A DNA stretch of 64,000 nucleotides from Eledone cirrhosa (Eukaryota). The position numbers and the translations under genes are program-made. The stretch covers positions 407,464,001-407,528,000 of the forward strand of contig OZ024741.1 of NCBI GenBank assembly GCA_964016885.1, in the 5' to 3' direction. Of the stretch, positions 58,043-64,000 are shown in pieces. The notes beneath the pieces are model-generated. The model worked only from the letters and a program-made list of their open reading frames with translations, was not told the DNA's origin and did no database searches. Position 1 is the first letter of the stretch, and each line of letters starts with the position of its first letter.

Positions 58043-60204
58043 TCTAGGGCGGCTAAAATTCCCGAGATCCATGGACGAGTTCTCTCCAGCGGTCTCTGTC
58101 ACTCATTATCGCTGCCATGTCCTGCGTCTCCAACAGACCAGTGTCTGTCCTTAGGGCATCAACATACGTTAACCCTGGTCTTCCTCTTCCAGTGTGTCCA
58201 TGTAGGGGCTCCCACAGGAGTACTGAGTGCATTGTCAACTCTGGATGTCAGTGAGGATGTTCAACTAACCTCAGTCTCCTCTGTGTCACTTTTGAGCTGA
58301 CTTTTGGGAGGCTCCCTTACAGCTCTGAGTTTTTCATCCTCAGTGTATACTGATTAATGTTCAGAGCCATCCTCAGCATTCTCGTGTAGCACCCATCCAC
58401 CATCTGAGTGAGTTTCCTGGTCAGTGTCCAAGTCTCAGAGCCGTACAGCAGCACAGACTCCACTACAGCAATGAAGAGGCGGATTTTCAGGTATTTAAGA
58501 AATGTCTGACTTCCACACCGATTTCAAGCTGTGGGACGCCGCCCAGGCTTTGCTCTTCCTCTCAACCACATCATCTTCTGTATTCCCAATCTTTGCTCCC
58601 AAATACAGGAAGTCCTCGACCAATTCTAGCGGCTTGTCGCCTACATTAGTGATCCCCTCTGGCTTCTCAACATTCTCTACCAGATATTTTGTTTTAATCT
58701 CATTCATTTTCAGCCCCACACTCATCGACACAGTCTCAACCTCCTGCATCAAATCCTCTGCCTCCTTCATTGTATTTGTCACCAAAACTATGTCGTCGGC
58801 AAATTCAGCATCTGATATCTTTTTCGCCATAACTCTTCTGCTCTGAGCCGGTGCTACAGTAAAGCCAGATTCCTGGTATTTCTCCAGTACAAGGCGCATA
58901 CAATAGTCCAATACGATGATAAAAAGGTAGGGAGCCAATGTATCTCCCTGGAGCACTCCAGCCAGTATCTCAAAGAACTCTGTCATCCCATCAGGTGTAA
59001 TGACTTGGGCTTTGGTGTTGGTGTAGAGCAGTGATATCAGGTCCACTATCTTCTTGGGGATTCCATAAGCCTGTAAGATCTTCATCAGGCAGTGACGGTC
59101 CACAGAATCAAAGGCCTTCCTAAAGTCAATGAAAACCATGACCGCAGGAAGGCACTTTTCTCTAGCTCCCCCTAATATCCTCCTCAGCATCAGTATGTAA
59201 CTGGTGGTTGATCTTCCCTCTCTGAAGCCGTTCTGGATGTCCCTGATTTTCTTCTCCATGTCAGGCTTGATCCTGTTAATATTTATCCTGTTGAGAGTCT
59301 TTGCCACAAGTGACGTCAGTGAGATCCCCCTGTAGTTGTTGGTGTTAGAGAGATCTCCCTTCTTTGGCACTGGGACGATGTTACTGATCCTCCACTGATT
59401 CGGGGCAACTCCTTTCTCCAGTGCCTGGTTACAGAACCCCAGGATGATATCATCAAAATCACACCTCTTCATCATCTCTGAAGCCACTCCATCTTCTCCA
59501 TCAGTCTTGCCCTCCTTGATCTTCTTCTTGGCTCTCTGAAGCTCCTCTCTGGTGAAGGGCTCTGTCTCAATATCCAGTTCTTCAAACAGCCGCCTGATCT
59601 CCCCAGTGCTCTGGGCTGTGGAGGGTGGCTCACCTAGTAGGGTCCTAATATGTTCTAGCAATTTCCTCTTCCTATCCTCGGGCCCTGTTCCCTGAATCTG
59701 ACTCGAACACCTTCTCTTCCTCCCTGTGATCTCGTTGATGATCATCCAGCTCCCCTTACATCCAGACCTGTCAACCGCTCTCTCCACACTTCCGATCTTC
59801 TCTATCAGTGCCTTCTCTCTGGCCTCAGTGTAAGCGGTACAGAGTTCTTCCCTCATCATCTCCACAATCTCCATCCTCTCCTCTGTAGGATCAGCATAGA
59901 ATTGGTCCTTGGCAGCTTTCAGGTGTTCTCTGGCTGCACACACTTTTGGGTTTGCAGAACTGACGTACTTCCTTTTGTTCTTTCTCTTCGCCATCAGGGT
60001 CTCACTTGCTTCCGCCACTGCATTGGTGAAGTACCCGTCCCTCCTCGTCACACTCTCCTCAGTCCATCCAATCCCTCTCTCCTCAGTCTCTCACAGAGAG
60101 CACTGAACCTGTTCCTCACTTCCACTGTGAACTTCTGTAGTTTATCATCTTCCTTGAAAGCTCCCCAGTCACAGATTGCTCTCCGGGGCTGAGCCCTGCT
60201 TTCG
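58043..60204 (-). mobile_element. RTE LINE, 3' part with RT
   Basis: VPVPKKGDLS..NNYRGISL, QNGFREGRST, FIDFRKAFDSV, GVLQGDTLAPYLF, EFADDI. Confidence 0.95.
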
Positions 60205-61314
60205 TGTCATAACTCCCAGGTCATAACCCTTAGTTGTCATAACTCCTAGGTCATATCTCTTAGTTGTAATAACTCCCAGATCTGCTCTGGCCTGGAGTCG
60301 TAGTACCTGTTAAGGCCCCATTCATGGGTTAAATAACTACCTTATTCGAGTGGTTCCGGTACGATATTGTCAGCTATTGAAAATAAATATGGAGAGTCTA
60401 TCTAACAGCACTAGGGTTGGACCCTCTAATTACACTGTCAAGGAGCAGTCTGGTCGTTATGACTCTGCTGGCTTAGAGCCATGGGGAGGGCCAGTGGATG
60501 ATGGATCAGCTGTCTCTGAGACAAATATAAAGAATGCAGTTTTGTCCTGCAGAAGAGCCATCAAAATGGGCACTTTGAATGTGAGGACTATTCGGACGCT
60601 GGAGAAGAGAGAGGAGTTGGGATATCTGTTCGAGGAGAGTGGTATACAGATACTTGCGATCCAAGAACACAGGATCCTACACGATGAGTCCGTGAGGAGT
60701 GTGATGATTGGGAAGATGAGCCAGCTCATCACCACATCGGCAGTGAGGAACATGACCAATGCTGCAGTGTGAGGAGTGGGTTTTGTTTTCAGCACAAAAA
60801 CCAGTCTATTGGTGAGGGAAATAATACCTGTCTCTCCGCGAGTGTTGACGGTGACCTTCAATGGAAACCCAAGACTGACAGTCATCTCAGCCTATAGTCC
60901 AACCGAGGGAGACAGTGATGTCAGTGCGGAAGAGTTCCATGAGGAGGTGTGTAGAGCTGTCAACGCCACACAAGCACACAACATCCTGCTTGTTTTGGAG
61001 GACTTCAATGCACATCTGAGTAAGGAGGGCAGTGAAGATCCTTGCTGGTACTCCTTAACAACACCAAACAAAATGGGAGACTACTGAGAGACACCCTGCT
61101 GGAGGCGCAGTTGATAGCGACCAACCTAAGGTTTAGGAAGAATCCGGGGAAGATGTGGACCTACATCTCAGATATGCATCTGTCCAAGTCCCAGATTCAT
61201 TTCATTCTGGTGTGGAAAAAGTGGCGGAATAGTGTTCTGAACACAGAACCATACAACTATTTCAGTACACTAGGTAGGGACCACCGGCTTGTTATGAGTG
61301 AGGTCCGGGTGAGC

Positions 61315-61318
<4 letters not shown>
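60205..61318 (+). mobile_element. Inverted 5' part of the same RTE LINE (5' UTR + APE endonuclease)
   Basis: GTLNVRT, ILAIQEHR, GVGF, ISAYSPT, DFNAH, DHRLV. Confidence 0.92.
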
Positions 61319-61365
<47 letters not shown>

Positions 61366-61639
61366 TGAAACATGCCTATAGAATCACCAGATAAAATATA
61401 TACCGTTTCCTCTCCCAATTACCATAATTAACCATATAAAAAATCAATTAGACCAAGCTATAAGAATAAAGGCTCTTATGAAGAAATCTCCGACAAATAA
61501 CCGAAGGCAGCCCTTCGTGGCGGTTGCGACGGTGTATTTATCGAGTATTTCGACAGCATGTATAAATCGACCAGATATACAGTCAATTAAACAGAATAAG
61601 GTGTAAAATAAACTAGAAGAAAAAGTGAACATATTTAGT

Positions 61640-61719
61640 TACCTCTACCATGGTTTCGTCCGCATTTTAAGATATCCGATAACATTGGAAATCTAGAGTT
61701 TCGGACTCTTCAGGAGTTA
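61640..61719 (-). ncRNA. HHR in solo pLTR-like element 61365-61920
   Basis: UAACUC-CUGAAGA-GUCCG...CGGAC-GAAAC-CAUG-GUA^GAGGUA. Confidence 0.85.
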
Positions 61720-61919
61720 GCTCAAATTTAGACAATTAATTTTCCAAAGTGATCGCGCCAAGAATACATTCAAAAATGGCTAAGAATCGTGACGTGGCAG
61801 CGGTCAAGTTAGAAAGGATGTGATTAGTTGCTTACGGCTTGTAGGCTTTTTGCTAGAAAGCGCAGCCCAATACAGCCAAAATTGTATCTCAACCTAACGG
61901 GAGATTATTACATATAAAG

Positions 61920-61999
<80 letters not shown>

Positions 62000-62129
62000 A
62001 TAGATATATATGTGTTTTGCAACGAGTCACTTTGTGGCTCAATGAAGAATTAATAAATTAAATAATCAGAGCTATATATCATAAAACATGCCTATAGAAT
62101 CACCAGATAAAATATATACCGTTTCCTCT

Positions 62130-62214
<85 letters not shown>

Positions 62215-62292
62215 TAGATAGATAGATAGATAGATATATAGATAGATAGATAGATAAATATACACAGGTGTGTATGATTGTGTATAGAAGAT

Positions 62293-62675
62293 TATATTAA
62301 TAAGAGGAATTCCAACTTTGTCTGATTTACTCGTTTTATTCACAATCCTTTAAAATTTATAATGGTATTATAATGAAATAGTATGGTAGAATATTAAATG
62401 TTAAGTGTTAATTGAACAAGTACTTTCATGCTTTCGCAATCTTCAGGTTCATAATGTGTGGTGACAGTCAAGTTTGCAATTATTAACAGTTGAAAATTGC
62501 AAACTTGACTGTCACCACACATTAGGAACCTGAAGATTGCGAAAGCCTGAAAGTACTCGTTCAATTAACACTTAACATTTAATATTCTACCATACTATTT
62601 CATTATAATACCATTATAAATTTTAAAGGATTGTGAATAAAACGAGTAAATCAGACAAAGTTGGAATTCCTCTTA

Positions 62676-62682
<7 letters not shown>
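62293..62682. repeat. ~390-bp palindrome with two minimal HHRs (62526-62562 +, 62414-62450 -)
   Basis: GAAC-CUGAAGA-uuGC(GAAA)GCcu-GAAAG-UA-CUC^GUUC. Confidence 0.88.
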
Positions 62683-62726
<44 letters not shown>

Positions 62727-62956
62727 CACCGTATGGTCTCCGTTTTATTTTTGAGATTCGAAACCGATCGGTAAAGGTAACTATAGTAGGTAAAGTCAAT
62801 TTTTTAAAATTTATTTTGAAACTTTTTCATTATTTGCTAAACCTTGTTTATATTTGTTCTGGCTCGTTAATTTATTAACCCGCCATTGAACCACACTGGC
62901 ATTTGGTTGGACAATACATGCGGACCTTGGCGCCTTGTGCGTGAAGGAACGTATAT

Positions 62957-63026
<70 letters not shown>

Positions 63027-63029
<3 letters not shown>

Positions 63030-63330
63030 AAAGGTTAACAAGGACGGTTGGTTACTTCTTCATTACATTTATTGGTGGGTGACGCGCGTTTCGCCACTAA
63101 TCAGCTCAAGGTTCAATCTGTATCGATCTTACCCGACTCAATAATCGGCAGCTCGACTTAAAGTGTTCGTCGAGCTGCCGATTATTGAGTCGGGTAAGAT
63201 CGATACAGATCGAACCTTGAGCTGATAAATGTAATGAAGGAGTAACCAACTGTCCTGGTTATCCTTTCAATATATTACACTCTGTATAGCTCTACACCTC
63301 AACACAGAAGTGAACCTAAACATCGAGTGC
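63027..63330. repeat. Fold-back pLTR fragment (related to 50845-50990) with 3' half of an HHR
   Basis: 63027-63157 is inverted against 63169-63273; minus strand reads GAAAC-GCGC-GUC. Confidence 0.85.
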
Positions 63331-63761
63331 TCACCCGGGTGAACCTGCAGTAACTCCAAGTTACACTCCCTATATATATATATATGGATTGACATTCCTA
63401 CGATGACTGAAACCACCTTGAACGTCTTCTCTGCTCTTTACGTCTTACATCCACTACGATTTTTATTACTCTCTGAACTCACTTTCTGTACCCTTATATT
63501 CTTTTTCTCCCTTATCTCCCCTTATATTTAAACTTTTTCCTATGTTATTTATTCCCCCTACTTTCTATCTTACCCTTTACATACACACATTTTTTATTTA
63601 TAGATATTTATTTCTGTGTGTATGTATGTATTGTGTATATGTGTATATATGTATATATGTATGTCTATATGTGTATATAATTATATATATATGTGTGTGT
63701 GTGTGTTTATATGTGTGTGTGCGTATTTTTATTATCGTGGTGATGTAACTTTTTGTATATA

Positions 63762-63819
<58 letters not shown>

Positions 63820-63823
<4 letters not shown>

Positions 63824-63980
63824 AACCAGTAAGACCCCGACAGCTGAGCTCAAGCCGTTTCGACGGCTAATTCTGGACTCAATTAGGTCCAGAATTCTGG
63901 CTAATTCTGGACTCAATATGGTCCAGAATTAGCCGTCGAAACGGCTTGAGCTCAGCTGTCGGGGTCTTACTGGTTCCTAT
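63820..63980. repeat. Fold-back fragment with 3' half of an HHR
   Basis: ggaaccagtaagaccccgac...gtcggggtcttactggttcc; GAAACGGCU...AGCUGUC^. Confidence 0.85.
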
Positions 63981-64000
63981 TACCCACTCTACTACCTCAA

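Overview
AT-rich eukaryotic non-coding DNA, probably cephalopod/Octopus-like (inferred from the SINE families and the (TA)n density). I see no host protein-coding gene. The window is a mosaic of retroelements inserted into (TA)n/(TAA)n microsatellites: decayed Penelope-like elements (PLEs; RT plus GIY-YIG, several Neptune-type), two R4/Dong-type RLE retrotransposons, RTE LINEs (one with an inverted 5' end), tRNA-derived SINEs and MITEs. The main hidden signal is RNA structure. I can fold about 45 type I hammerhead ribozyme (HHR) motifs by eye, from roughly 15 sequence families. They include a 12.4 kb tandem array of about 24 x 522-bp units with one HHR each, and a palindromic array of 310-bp units with one minimal HHR each. 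Both arrays look like retrozyme-type non-autonomous PLE derivatives that could yield circular RNA. Many short fold-back (palindromic) insertions share the layout HHR > AATAAA > TA junction > tail hairpin. All folds were done by eye; ribozyme activity is inferred, not shown.
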